Positions 1 through 9,305 of a DNA stretch of 64,000 nucleotides are shown here, in pieces. The stretch covers positions 36,538 to 100,537 of IMG/VR virus record IMGVR_UViG_3300029711_000003; one strand, 5' to 3'. This DNA comes from a virus. Below the pieces are notes generated by a model. The model did not search any database, was not told the DNA's origin, and saw only the letters and a list, made by a program, of their open reading frames with translations. Both the position numbers and the translations under genes were made by a program. How positions within the stretch are numbered: the stretch's first letter is position 1; every line of letters begins with the position of its first letter.

Positions 1-165
1 AACATCATTGATTTTGGAGAAGATTTTGATGTTAATAATATAACAGTTGAAAACTGGAAGAAAGTATTTTCATCTTGGAAAGTAAACATAAACGTATTTG
101 CTTACTTTCTGAAAAGGTCACAAATACTTTCTACTTATGTAAACAAACTAACATCTGAAAAGTAG
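1..165 (+). CDS. C-terminal fragment of an upstream virion-module gene (partial; start outside window)
   Basis: Frame 1 is open from base 1 to TAG 163-165 (...YVNKLTSEK*). The stop sits 1 nt before the next ATG, the same tight packing as the following baseplate genes. Confidence 0.45.
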   Translation, partial: NIIDFGEDFDVNNITVENWKKVFSSWKVNINVFAYFLKRSQILSTYVNKLTSEK

Positions 166-166
166 T

Positions 167-1057
167 ATGGAAGGAAAGTTTGAAATAAACAGGGGTGGTA
201 ACAACGCCATAGGACAGTCAGGTATCGGTTTTATCGTAGTTCCTGACGATAATACAAGGCAACAATATATTGATGATTGCTATCGTACATCTACGGTAAC
301 AATCAATGGAGGTTTTGGTTATGGTTACATAAGTGCTGTTAAGATTTTGCCTGACGTTCTTCAAAAAATACGCTTTCCGCTAAAAAGCACGGAGAGAGGA
401 ACGCCAGTGTTATGGTTGAGGGAAAATTTCTCAAACCGTCCCATTGTTATTGGTATAATAAGTGAAGAAGGTTACACAAACCTTTTGAAAGAAAATCAAA
501 ACCGATTTGTTCAGGAAATAGACGGAAAAACGGTTGAGATTTTTCAAGATGCTAATTCGGCTACACTAAACATAAATGTTGTAGGAAAATCTGATACTCC
601 AGCTAATATCAATATCAAGGTTGCTTCTGGTTCAGAAGATAGCGTTGTTAACATAGATAGCGATGGCAAGGTAAATGTTTCCGCTAATGATTTCACAGCA
701 ACAGCAAGAAATACTTTTAATATATTTTTGAAGGACGGAAAGAATGATGAGCTAATTTCTTTGATTGGCGATTCAGAAAAGATGGAATTCAAAGATAAAT
801 TTGGTAATGTAATAACTTCTAATGAAGAAAATGTTAACATTACCGTTGCTGGAAAGTTCAATGTAAACAGCGGTAAAGAGCCGATGGTGCTTGGACAAAC
901 TCTTGTAGATTTGTTGAGCGAAATATTGGATGCTATTAAGCAGATAACGGTAGTCACGCCTGTCGGTACTTCTTCTGTTCCTGTTAATATAGCATCATTT
1001 ACTTCTGCTCAGCAAAAATTGAAAAATATATTAAGTACAATTTCTAATTTAGATTGA
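167..1057 (+). CDS. baseplate hub / central spike-like protein (gpV, gp5, Mu gp45-like)
   Basis: 296 aa. OB-like N-part: GTPVLWLRENFSNRPIVIG resembles the G..V.V.F..GD...P.V.G hub motif. Repetitive beta-rich middle (NINIKVASGSEDSVVNIDSDGKVNVSAN). Lies directly upstream of the gp25-like and J-like genes. Motif and synteny only. Confidence 0.45.
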   Translation: MEGKFEINRGGNNAIGQSGIGFIVVPDDNTRQQYIDDCYRTSTVTINGGFGYGYISAVKILPDVLQKIRFPLKSTERGTPVLWLRENFSNRPIVIGIISEEGYTNLLKENQNRFVQEIDGKTVEIFQDANSATLNINVVGKSDTPANINIKVASGSEDSVVNIDSDGKVNVSANDFTATARNTFNIFLKDGKNDELISLIGDSEKMEFKDKFGNVITSNEENVNITVAGKFNVNSGKEPMVLGQTLVDLLSEILDAIKQITVVTPVGTSSVPVNIASFTSAQQKLKNILSTISNLD

Positions 1058-1058
1058 T

Positions 1059-1325
1059 ATGCCAATAGCAACTGAAGCATTAAGAGCGTTTTTGACTCAG
1101 GGAATAAAAAATGCGCTTGACCAACCAATTGATGAAACTTCTAATTCAGACGAAGTTAAACAAAGATTTGCACAAAACATTGCTAATGCAATAGCAGATG
1201 GAGTTGACGCTTGGATTAAGACCGCTACTGTTACTGTACAGCCAGGAATACCAGTATCAACAGCAGGTGGGCCATCAGCTCAAACTGGAGCTACAACTGG
1301 TCAGGGAACTGGTACAATATCGTGA
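1059..1325 (+). CDS. hypothetical small virion-module protein
   Basis: 88 aa. ATG 1 nt after the previous stop. Gly/Thr-rich tail TAGGPSAQTGATTGQGTGT. Confidence 0.5.
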   Translation: MPIATEALRAFLTQGIKNALDQPIDETSNSDEVKQRFAQNIANAIADGVDAWIKTATVTVQPGIPVSTAGGPSAQTGATTGQGTGTIS

Positions 1326-1357
1326 ACAAACAGTTATAATTCATAGAAAAGAATAAT

Positions 1358-2092
1358 ATGAGCGCAATTACATCTGTTATAGAAAATACGTTGAATGCTG
1401 CAATGACCGTAGGTAAGGCGGCACTTCACGCTATGGCTCCTGATAACTACGAGTATTACATGTGTTCTCTTGAACTCATTGATTGCTCAGGTAATCAGGT
1501 AGGCTTTATTTCATTCGTTGTAATGCCCAATAATATAACTGAAAGCACAACTCCTATACAGACCCAAACAAAGACGAAGAACGGCATGGTGACATTATTC
1601 AATGATTCATTTGCTCCTGTTAATATATCTTTGCAGGGTACATTTGGAAGAAAGTTCAAGATTGTTACCGATATGGTTGACCCAAGTGAAAAGGGTAATA
1701 ATTTCTTCAATGGCAATATTGGTAAAATTGCTGGCGTTGAAATAGCGATTAAAAGTGGTTATGGGCTTACAAGAGTGTTACAATACATATTGAAAAAGAC
1801 TAATGAATTGGACACGCAAGGCAGACCTTACATTCTGTTGTTCAATAATTATTCTTTCAATTCTTCTTATGTCGTTGACGTCATGAGCTATTCTTTCAAT
1901 CAGAGTATTGAGAATAACATGCTTTGGTTCTACGAGCTTCAATTGAAGGCAATAGCACCTGGCTCAGCGGTAAGGAGTAGTAAACAGAACAATGCTCAAC
2001 TTTTGAAAGTAGTTGCTTCCAATGCCATAGCTCAAGGATTGACTAATGTAATTAATGATGTAAAACGTAACAACACATTAAAGTATGTTTAG
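1358..2092 (+). CDS. hypothetical baseplate-module protein
   Basis: 244 aa. Long ORF with an 8-nt overlap onto the next gene. No motif recognised. Confidence 0.55.
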   Translation: MSAITSVIENTLNAAMTVGKAALHAMAPDNYEYYMCSLELIDCSGNQVGFISFVVMPNNITESTTPIQTQTKTKNGMVTLFNDSFAPVNISLQGTFGRKFKIVTDMVDPSEKGNNFFNGNIGKIAGVEIAIKSGYGLTRVLQYILKKTNELDTQGRPYILLFNNYSFNSSYVVDVMSYSFNQSIENNMLWFYELQLKAIAPGSAVRSSKQNNAQLLKVVASNAIAQGLTNVINDVKRNNTLKYV

Positions 2093-2993
2093 TGATATTG
2101 TAAGTGACTTTGAAAATATAACCAAGTTTGCCTTGTTAGACTACTTGGAACAATATAGGGATTTCATGCAAAATGATTTCTCCTATATTTCTTCATATTA
2201 CAACGGAGATACGGCAAGTGTTGATTCATCTTATATTTCCAATTTCAATTCTTTGAGGACTAAGAGCAAAACACTGATGCAGCAGTTCATAAACTTTTCT
2301 CACCGATTATCGAATTGCGGTTTTTGGGAGCTTCAGGAGTATTGTCAAGACCTTAATGATACTTTGGAAAAGATAACCAAATTGCCTAAGTATTACAGAA
2401 CATCTAAGACGGTAAGAGGTTATCAGCCGTATATACAAGTCAAGGGAAACATTGGCGGTATGAAAACCGTTAAGGATTTAGCCGAAGAAATAAGTTCCAA
2501 TGGTGTTAGCGAAATAAGTCTTATCATTGATAATGACCTTCAGGAGAAAGATTGGGAAATTGACCAATTGTCTGCCGTTACTGCCTTTGTAAATAATCAG
2601 GTGGACGTAGTAGTTGAAACAATTCTTGAACAGCCTGTAGGCAATCAAATTTATGGTAAGGATATTGCTCGCAAGATAACACTGGAAGACAATGATATTG
2701 CCGTTAAGAAATATGAAGACAACGTTGAACAAAAATGTGATATTCTATTAGAGCTTGAGCGTGGTAACATTCCTGAAATGCCTGCGTTTGGTAAAAATCC
2801 GCTTCAAGGTACCAATATGGCTAATTACAATTATGCTGAATTGGTAAAGGACTTGCAGAGCGTATTTCTTCAGGATGATTTGTTTGAATCAATAGAAGTT
2901 ACAAACGTTGAATTCAAAGATGGCGACTTGTATGTCACTTGTTCTATTCAAACCAAGTATTCGTATTCAACTGTAAAAACATTAAGATTATGA
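2085..2993 (+). CDS. baseplate wedge protein with gp25/GPW-like C-terminal domain
   Basis: 302 aa. The C-terminus LELERGNIPEMPAFGKNPLQG...LFESIEVTNVEFKDGDLYVTCSIQTKY fits the gp25/GPW pattern (P.FG ... I.V ... L.V...I). ATGA overlap with the J-like gene. Confidence 0.55.
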   Translation: MFSDIVSDFENITKFALLDYLEQYRDFMQNDFSYISSYYNGDTASVDSSYISNFNSLRTKSKTLMQQFINFSHRLSNCGFWELQEYCQDLNDTLEKITKLPKYYRTSKTVRGYQPYIQVKGNIGGMKTVKDLAEEISSNGVSEISLIIDNDLQEKDWEIDQLSAVTAFVNNQVDVVVETILEQPVGNQIYGKDIARKITLEDNDIAVKKYEDNVEQKCDILLELERGNIPEMPAFGKNPLQGTNMANYNYAELVKDLQSVFLQDDLFESIEVTNVEFKDGDLYVTCSIQTKYSYSTVKTLRL

Positions 2994-4186
2994 TAACGAA
3001 AATAACATCAGTAGATGAATTGAAGCAAATATGGTTGGAGATATTTCTCAACAAAACCGATAAGGTGAGTGACGTTTCGGATGAGTCAGTTTTGAACGGT
3101 ATTGCATACGGATGCGGAAAACTTGCTCAAAGAACATTGGCTAATCAAGCTATCATTGAAGGTCATATCTTTCCTGATACTGCTTATGGAGATTATCTTG
3201 ACCAGTTAGCTGCTATTCGTGGCGTAGCTCCGAGATTTGGTGCAACGGCAAGCTCAACTTATGTTAGAGTGATTGCTGATGCTGGAACGTCTTATTTAGC
3301 AGGAACACATCAGTTTACTTCTACTTCGGGAATTGTATTTGTACCCGAAAAGAGCGTGACGGTTGGTGAAAATGGATATGCTTATGTTAAGGTAAGAAGT
3401 TTGCAGAGCGGATTGTCTGCTAATGTAGATGCACTTTCCATAAACCAAGTGTCTCCAATTCCTGAGGGTCATATAAATTGTACAAATGAGTATGCTGCAA
3501 CTGGAGGTCGTGACCAAGAAGATGATGAACTGTTCCGACAGAGGATAAAAGAAAGTATAAATCAATTGTCAAGAACAACGCTGTCTTATCTTGAGCAAGT
3601 TTTCATGAAAATCAATAACAATGTTTTAAGGCTGTTCAAAGGTAGTACGGACGAAAGCGGACGTTTGAATTTGATTGTAGTTTCAGTAAACGGACAAGAT
3701 TTCACGGAAGATGAGTTCAATGAAATTCTCAGCCGTTCTGAAGAATATCTTTCTTTGTCCGAGCTTTTGAGAACTTCTACAGATTATGCTTTGAAGCTCA
3801 ATAATGTTGACTGGCTTACAGTTGACGTTGAGTTCCGAGTAGATTTTGACCCTGCTTATGACCAAGACGAAATTCGCAAGAACATACAGATTCAAATGTC
3901 AAAACTTTTTGACTATCGTTTTTGGCAATATGGTGATAAGGTAGAATGGGAAAATTTGTTGTATGCCGCTAAGAATGTTGAGGGTGTTAGATACGTGCCT
4001 GATACACACTTTTCTCCGCACGCTGATATAAATGTACCGAAATATCAATTGCCACGCATTAGAGGATTTGTATTGAGAGATTTGGATGGCAATATCATAG
4101 AAGACAATGGCGGCGTATTGAGTGAGTTCTATTATCCCAATGAGCCTGATGATTCATTTTCAAGTTCTGTTTTAATGACTATTTGA
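2990..4186 (+). CDS. baseplate J-like protein (P2 gpJ / T4 gp6 family)
   Basis: Start moved to ATG 2990 (ATGA overlap with the previous stop); the track start 2939 lies inside the previous gene. Carries the signature ATGGRDQEDDELFRQRI (GG.D.E.DE.LR.R of Baseplate_J). Follows the gp25-like gene. Confidence 0.7.
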   Translation: MITKITSVDELKQIWLEIFLNKTDKVSDVSDESVLNGIAYGCGKLAQRTLANQAIIEGHIFPDTAYGDYLDQLAAIRGVAPRFGATASSTYVRVIADAGTSYLAGTHQFTSTSGIVFVPEKSVTVGENGYAYVKVRSLQSGLSANVDALSINQVSPIPEGHINCTNEYAATGGRDQEDDELFRQRIKESINQLSRTTLSYLEQVFMKINNNVLRLFKGSTDESGRLNLIVVSVNGQDFTEDEFNEILSRSEEYLSLSELLRTSTDYALKLNNVDWLTVDVEFRVDFDPAYDQDEIRKNIQIQMSKLFDYRFWQYGDKVEWENLLYAAKNVEGVRYVPDTHFSPHADINVPKYQLPRIRGFVLRDLDGNIIEDNGGVLSEFYYPNEPDDSFSSSVLMTI

Positions 4187-4187
4187 T

Positions 4188-4493
4188 ATGAGAACGGAAG
4201 TAAGTGTAAAAACGACAACCGAAGTTGACACCAAAACTGGCGATTTTCTTATAAGTTGTTTTGCTGATATGAACGAAGATGGGTCAAAAACTCCTTCTAT
4301 TTACAAGTCAGATGTTTTAGACAGTACTAAGATAATTGACAATGTTTCGGGAAAAGAGGGAGAATTGATGTTGACCTATTCGGGAGATACGGTTGGTGAA
4401 ATCAACGATGACGGTGAACTGGTAATAAATCCTGACGGTGATGACGTCAATAAGTACAATAAACAAGATGAAAACTTGATATATGAAGGATAG
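4188..4493 (+). CDS. hypothetical acidic protein (baseplate/fibre module)
   Basis: 101 aa. ATG 1 nt after the J-like stop. 11-nt overlap with the next gene. Confidence 0.5.
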   Translation: MRTEVSVKTTTEVDTKTGDFLISCFADMNEDGSKTPSIYKSDVLDSTKIIDNVSGKEGELMLTYSGDTVGEINDDGELVINPDGDDVNKYNKQDENLIYEG

Positions 4494-6168
4494 TATATTA
4501 CAAGCAATAGGTGATGTTCTTATCATTGATGTTGTTCCTAAGATAAACGGACGTATCCAATTCACGGAGTATTCGGACGTATGGGAAGGAATAACAGATG
4601 AAAGGACGGTGAACAAAGAGTTCCGTGTTTCAGCAGACGGAGTTTTTTGGAGTAATTGGTTGGCTTTAACAAATGAAAATCTTGCCAACGGTCAATTCGT
4701 TGCCAACGGTCAATTCACCATCCAACTCCGATTTACCCGTACTGGTACAGATGAAACTGGAGTAATAGAGTTCAAAACAATAGACTTCTATGGGTCAAGG
4801 GAGGAAATTCAATTTGTCGCTCCTACCTTGTCTTCCAGTATATTCGCTGATATTGTTGGTACAGACGGTTTACGTCAATTGGAAGAAAATTTATTCAAGA
4901 AGCTGTATTACAGAGGCATTTTGCCCGATTACATAATCAGAGCTGCTAATTCAGATGCTGAAGAAGATGCTGACTTTATTGATGTGTTTTATAGCGTGGC
5001 ACGTTTCTTCGCTATAATGATACGTTTCTTCACGAGATTTGAAAATTTCAAAGACGATTTTGATTTGATGCGTGAAAACGTAAGACAATATGGCTTGTAC
5101 TTTGATGAATCAAATATCACTCTGGAAGAGCTTCAATTTCTTTCTCAGCATCTGTTCGATGAGATACGAAAGAGAGGAACAGTGATGATATTTAAGCGTC
5201 AGGGTGACGTTGTAAATGGTCAACCGCTGCCCATAGATGGAGAATTTATAAGACTTCTAAGAAGTAAGCCGAGCGATGAGTTGTTGTATGAGAATGTTCC
5301 GTTGTATAAGGTAGGTTGGTGTCTTGGACAATGTTCTCCTATGTATCGTGGCACTTCTCAAGCCTACTATTTGAACAAGACTAAGGAAAACACAGAAGAT
5401 TTTGTTGATATCAATAACTTCATTATAACTAATAGCGGCAGAGGAAATTATGAGTTGCAGACATTCAACAATAAAAAGGTTTTGCGACTTTTCCAAACAA
5501 CTACTTCAAACACCACTGTCGGTTTAGGTCGTGTGAACGAAGATACGGAGGTATCAATTGATGATTTAATTGTAGTTGATTCACGTTTAGATTATGAAAT
5601 AACATTCGCTTTCCAAGTAGTTGGTAGTGGTTCTTCAAATAACAAATTACTGTTTGGAGTAGAAGGATTTGACATTTTAGGCAATAGGTTGAACGATGCT
5701 TTCATAACTCCTAATGGTGACCAAATATCGGAAACTTTTGTTTTGGAAAGTTTGTCTAAATGGAAAAGGAACAATTGGTATTATGCCAGAGGAATTTTGC
5801 ACGCTTATTCATCTGTTAACATGGATGAAAATCTTACAAATTTAGGATTTGGCACCAATTTGTATTTCAACAATTCATTTGTTAAATACATTCTGCCCAA
5901 GATACAGATAAGCGGAACAGCTACATTTGACGTGAAGATTTGGGACTACAAAGTAAGACCGCTGGTAAGAGGAACGAACATATTGCCGTTAAAAAGCGGT
6001 GAGGAAAATTCTCATAGTCTTGGTTTCATACAAAGCCAAAGGATATTCTACAGCTATGTTAGAAACAACAATAATAGTCAAAGCAAGGATGAAATAACAG
6101 ATATTATAGAAAAGTATTTGTTACCATATAACACAACAGATATATTTGTTTTCATGAGTAATTATTAA
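4483..6168 (+). CDS. baseplate-distal / tail-fibre-associated structural protein
   Basis: 561 aa. Positioned after the J-like gene. Contains an in-frame 18-bp tandem duplication (ANGQFV ANGQFT, 4684-4719). No catalytic motif recognised. Confidence 0.45.
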   Translation: MKDSILQAIGDVLIIDVVPKINGRIQFTEYSDVWEGITDERTVNKEFRVSADGVFWSNWLALTNENLANGQFVANGQFTIQLRFTRTGTDETGVIEFKTIDFYGSREEIQFVAPTLSSSIFADIVGTDGLRQLEENLFKKLYYRGILPDYIIRAANSDAEEDADFIDVFYSVARFFAIMIRFFTRFENFKDDFDLMRENVRQYGLYFDESNITLEELQFLSQHLFDEIRKRGTVMIFKRQGDVVNGQPLPIDGEFIRLLRSKPSDELLYENVPLYKVGWCLGQCSPMYRGTSQAYYLNKTKENTEDFVDINNFIITNSGRGNYELQTFNNKKVLRLFQTTTSNTTVGLGRVNEDTEVSIDDLIVVDSRLDYEITFAFQVVGSGSSNNKLLFGVEGFDILGNRLNDAFITPNGDQISETFVLESLSKWKRNNWYYARGILHAYSSVNMDENLTNLGFGTNLYFNNSFVKYILPKIQISGTATFDVKIWDYKVRPLVRGTNILPLKSGEENSHSLGFIQSQRIFYSYVRNNNNSQSKDEITDIIEKYLLPYNTTDIFVFMSNY

Positions 6169-6180
6169 AAGCGTAAAAAT

Positions 6181-7629
6181 ATGTCAAGATTGAAATTTAG
6201 TTCCAATCTTTTTCTTGAGGTTAATGAGCTGCAACGGTTCAACAAATTCTTGGAAGAAGATGGATGGAAAAGAGCAATGAAGGCAATATCAAAGAACTTC
6301 GGTATTGTTGAAAATGCGTCAAATTCCTACTTCAAAGTAACCGCACGTTCAGGTAGCAATTCGGTGATTGTAATCAATGCAGGTATTGCCTTTGATAGCA
6401 ATATGGATGCTATCGTAATGACGGATGACTTGGAATTGTCGGTAGGAAATACTGGTTCAAACCGTTGGGTCATCTTATCAAGAGCCGTAACCAATGAAGA
6501 ACAAGGAACTGTTAGCATCAATTCGGACGGTTCACTTTCAGGCATTGGAACTGAATTCACTAAGGTATTGAGAGGCCAACCCAATTTTCCTGTTAAGGTT
6601 AAATTCAACTCAACGAGCAATAACGGAGAATATGAAGTTGTTTCAGTTACTTCTGATACTTCGGCACTACTTTCGGGGTCATTCGTAAATCAAAGCAATA
6701 TAAAGTATTCGGTTGTTGGAACATTCACACCTGGCTTCCAACCTACTGAAGATAACAAAATGATTTATGAATATGACTCTTATAACATAGAGGTTGTTGA
6801 TTCAGAGGATAGACCAGCTGTATCGGAAGATGAATTCATTCTTGCTATGATATCATTTGACGTCAGTGGTTCAATGAATGTTTCGGATGAAAGAATAAGA
6901 TATATGTTTAACAATCCTTACACTCAATCCGATGAATCAGACAATTCTACTGACCCATTGGTAAGTTTATTGAGTACTGGGGTTGTTGGAGGTATTCATG
7001 CTGTAGGTAGTGCCGCCGCAGAATTTGAATTGATTATGGAACACGGATATACGGTAACAAGACATGAGTTGATTACCACTTCCACTTCCAATACTTTCAA
7101 CATCATTAGTGGACAAAGTAATTTCTTGGGCACTGGTAACATTCCTGACGGTATGTTCAGAGGATGGCTGCTTGTAAACCGAGCTAATATGAAGTATGCT
7201 TTGATTGATGACAATAGCAATAAGTCTTTGTACATTTCCAATCTTGATACTTCTATTATATTGGATAGCGTAAATGATTTCATCATTGTTCCTAATTGCA
7301 ATGAAATTGAATATGAAGTTACAGTATCTAACAATGTTGACCATCCAAACATACCTTTCTATTTCAGAAGTTCTATTTGGAATTTATACACAAGAGCTAA
7401 GGTACATGCTTTTTATCCGAGCAATGACGTAGATAATTTTGACAATCAAGTCACTATAACCATCAAATACCGTCTTATGGACAATAGCGGTAATCAACAG
7501 CCTTTTAGCAATCTTGCTATTGCTCAATTTGAAAACGTCAACGGACAGACAGAAACTCTTTCCGAAAGCTCATTTGTCGTTGACCTTACTACCATTGAAC
7601 CTGAAGCTAAACAACGTAATTATTCTTGA
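6181..7629 (+). CDS. tail-fibre-like structural protein
   Basis: 482 aa. Ser/Thr/Asn/Val-rich beta-type composition. Lies inside the fibre module. Confidence 0.4.
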   Translation: MSRLKFSSNLFLEVNELQRFNKFLEEDGWKRAMKAISKNFGIVENASNSYFKVTARSGSNSVIVINAGIAFDSNMDAIVMTDDLELSVGNTGSNRWVILSRAVTNEEQGTVSINSDGSLSGIGTEFTKVLRGQPNFPVKVKFNSTSNNGEYEVVSVTSDTSALLSGSFVNQSNIKYSVVGTFTPGFQPTEDNKMIYEYDSYNIEVVDSEDRPAVSEDEFILAMISFDVSGSMNVSDERIRYMFNNPYTQSDESDNSTDPLVSLLSTGVVGGIHAVGSAAAEFELIMEHGYTVTRHELITTSTSNTFNIISGQSNFLGTGNIPDGMFRGWLLVNRANMKYALIDDNSNKSLYISNLDTSIILDSVNDFIIVPNCNEIEYEVTVSNNVDHPNIPFYFRSSIWNLYTRAKVHAFYPSNDVDNFDNQVTITIKYRLMDNSGNQQPFSNLAIAQFENVNGQTETLSESSFVVDLTTIEPEAKQRNYS

Positions 7630-7630
7630 T

Positions 7631-8485
7631 ATGTTACTATATTTAACAGGTGCAAGCACCTCATTAGTTAAAAGTGAGGACAATCCTCAAACAGATGCAA
7701 GTAAGAGCTTGGGTGGATATATTTCTTCCACTCCAGCTCCCAACGCTGCTTTGAATAGTTTGTTTGATATGATTTCTTCTTATACTTTGGAGAAGAAGCA
7801 AAAAGAAACTATTGCGCTTGGTTTGATTAACCAATTAGAAACAGCCGTAAAGAACGTTGAATTGAAAATAGTAACGGACGTTGATAACGTAGCTACATTC
7901 AAAGTAGCAGCCGTTGCTGTTAGTTCAGACAACTATCGGATGGAAAGTATTTCAAGCCGTTATCAGGAGCCTATGGCGGCTGAATTTCATGATGCTTCAT
8001 TTTACAGAGCTTGCGTTGATTTAGAGGTTACTCAATACGCTGGTAAGGATGAAGAAATAGCACTTTATCCATTTGGCATTTCTTTCGTTGTTCAGGAAGA
8101 AGGATGGGAAGGAACATGGAAGGCTTTTGAAGAGGCATTTTCCAATGACGAAACATACGAGATAAGGCGAATATCTAAAAAGAAATATAGGATTGGCAGG
8201 CGTGACGAAAAATTATTGGAAAAACCACTTAAATGTTTTTACATAACCACTGAAGGTTTTAAGGCAGAATTTTTAGGCGAATTATCCAATGAATCTGACA
8301 ATACGGTATTGATTTCTGAAAGACTGGAGCCGAAAGAAGCAATTGGATTATGGATTCAAAGAGATATAAAAGACTCATCAATTTCCAGTAATGAACAATT
8401 ACTTGAAGATTACAAACATCATGTCATTAAGGAAACTGTTGAGGATGTAGAAATTGTTGTAAGCTACGATTTAGGAGAGCCGTGA
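7631..8485 (+). CDS. hypothetical virion-module protein
   Basis: Start moved to ATG 7631, 2 nt after the previous TGA; the track start 7514 lies inside the previous gene. 284 aa beginning MLLYLTGASTSLVKSEDNPQTDASKSLGGYIS. Confidence 0.5.
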   Translation: MLLYLTGASTSLVKSEDNPQTDASKSLGGYISSTPAPNAALNSLFDMISSYTLEKKQKETIALGLINQLETAVKNVELKIVTDVDNVATFKVAAVAVSSDNYRMESISSRYQEPMAAEFHDASFYRACVDLEVTQYAGKDEEIALYPFGISFVVQEEGWEGTWKAFEEAFSNDETYEIRRISKKKYRIGRRDEKLLEKPLKCFYITTEGFKAEFLGELSNESDNTVLISERLEPKEAIGLWIQRDIKDSSISSNEQLLEDYKHHVIKETVEDVEIVVSYDLGEP

Positions 8486-8569
8486 AATAAAACTCCAGAT
8501 ATAGACATAATTGAATGAGGTAAAACTTATTCAAAGCAAATTAAATGTTAAACTTAAATTATTAAAATT

Positions 8570-8779
8570 ATGGACGAAAATGTCGGTAAGATTTATTGCT
8601 TGGACAGAGGCAATGATGATGCGTTAGCAGCTGCTATTTTAGCAAATGGTAATAGACGTGATTATGACCCGATGACTGCGGCGGCTCTGCTGAAGCAGAC
8701 TCAGAGACTTCTGAACGCTTATCGTAATGGTTGCGGCTGTGGATGTAACGATGGTTGCGGAAACGGCTGCGGTTGCTAA
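8570..8779 (+). CDS. small protein with C-terminal Gly/Cys repeat tail (NGCGCGCNDGCGNGCGC)
   Basis: 69 aa. The N-part, about 52 aa, is charged and looks helical. The tail has 6 Cys in the last 15 residues (8726-8776). The region is locally GC-rich. Confidence 0.55.
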   Translation: MDENVGKIYCLDRGNDDALAAAILANGNRRDYDPMTAAALLKQTQRLLNAYRNGCGCGCNDGCGNGCGC

Positions 8780-8797
8780 TTAAAGGAGGGCACTACT

Positions 8798-9223
8798 ATG
8801 GCAGTATATTTATCACCCGTGGGATTATCATCTGCGCCAGTAGCAAACCAAGTTTCTTTGTCAGCAACTTTCAAAGAACGTCTTTGTCGTAGAATTTGCG
8901 AAAATTCAACAAATCAACCTGAAGCATTCGTAACTTATAAGACTGGTACTCCAATCTTTAATGGAACGACTGTTTTCGTACCTGTTATTGCTACTGTAAC
9001 AATAGTAACGCCAGGATGCGGTTGTAAAGCTACAACTCAGGTTATTGTTGAAGAGTTTATGGCTACATTTCAAGGACAAACTGGATTGCCTACAAATGTT
9101 TCACTATCAGCTGAGGGACAAACTCAACGGTTGGCTAATGTTTCTTGCGGCAGTTCTAACTGTTTGGCGATTTACAGCTCATTGACTGTAACTATTACAC
9201 CTGCTACAACGGCAGCTGCTTGA
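8798..9223 (+). CDS. beta-rich Cys-containing protein, partner of the Gly/Cys-tail peptide
   Basis: 141 aa. Strong SD AGGAGG at 8784-8789, 8 nt before the ATG. Thr/Val/Ser-rich, with 6 Cys (LCRRIC, PGCGC, SCGSSNC). Followed by a terminator. Confidence 0.6.
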   Translation: MAVYLSPVGLSSAPVANQVSLSATFKERLCRRICENSTNQPEAFVTYKTGTPIFNGTTVFVPVIATVTIVTPGCGCKATTQVIVEEFMATFQGQTGLPTNVSLSAEGQTQRLANVSCGSSNCLAIYSSLTVTITPATTAAA

Positions 9224-9236
9224 GTTAGTTAATTTG

Positions 9237-9277
9237 GGGCAGAAGGTAGATTTTTACAGTTTATCTTCTGCCCTTTT
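9237..9277 (+). terminator. rho-independent terminator
   Basis: GGGCAGAAG (9237-9245) pairs with CTTCTGCCC (9265-9273), followed by TTTT. Confidence 0.75.
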
Positions 9278-9305
9278 GTATAAACAATTAAATAAATGAA
9301 TCGTT

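Noticed and set aside
2939-2989. N-terminal extensions of track ORFs (2939, 7514, 26588, 30615, 34422, 35029, 38452, 45138, 46529, 47083, 48219, 48721, 49967, 51134, 51847, 52208, 56893)
   Set aside because: The extensions overlap the preceding gene or a terminator, or use TTG/GTG. In each case an ATG placed at or next to the upstream stop (often an ATGA overlap) gives a cleaner model.
8570-9223. Calling the Gly/Cys-tail peptide locus a RiPP biosynthetic gene cluster
   Set aside because: No cyclodehydratase (YcaO), radical-SAM enzyme, lanthionine synthetase, protease or exporter is adjacent. It is kept only as one hypothesis in the finding, not as an annotation.
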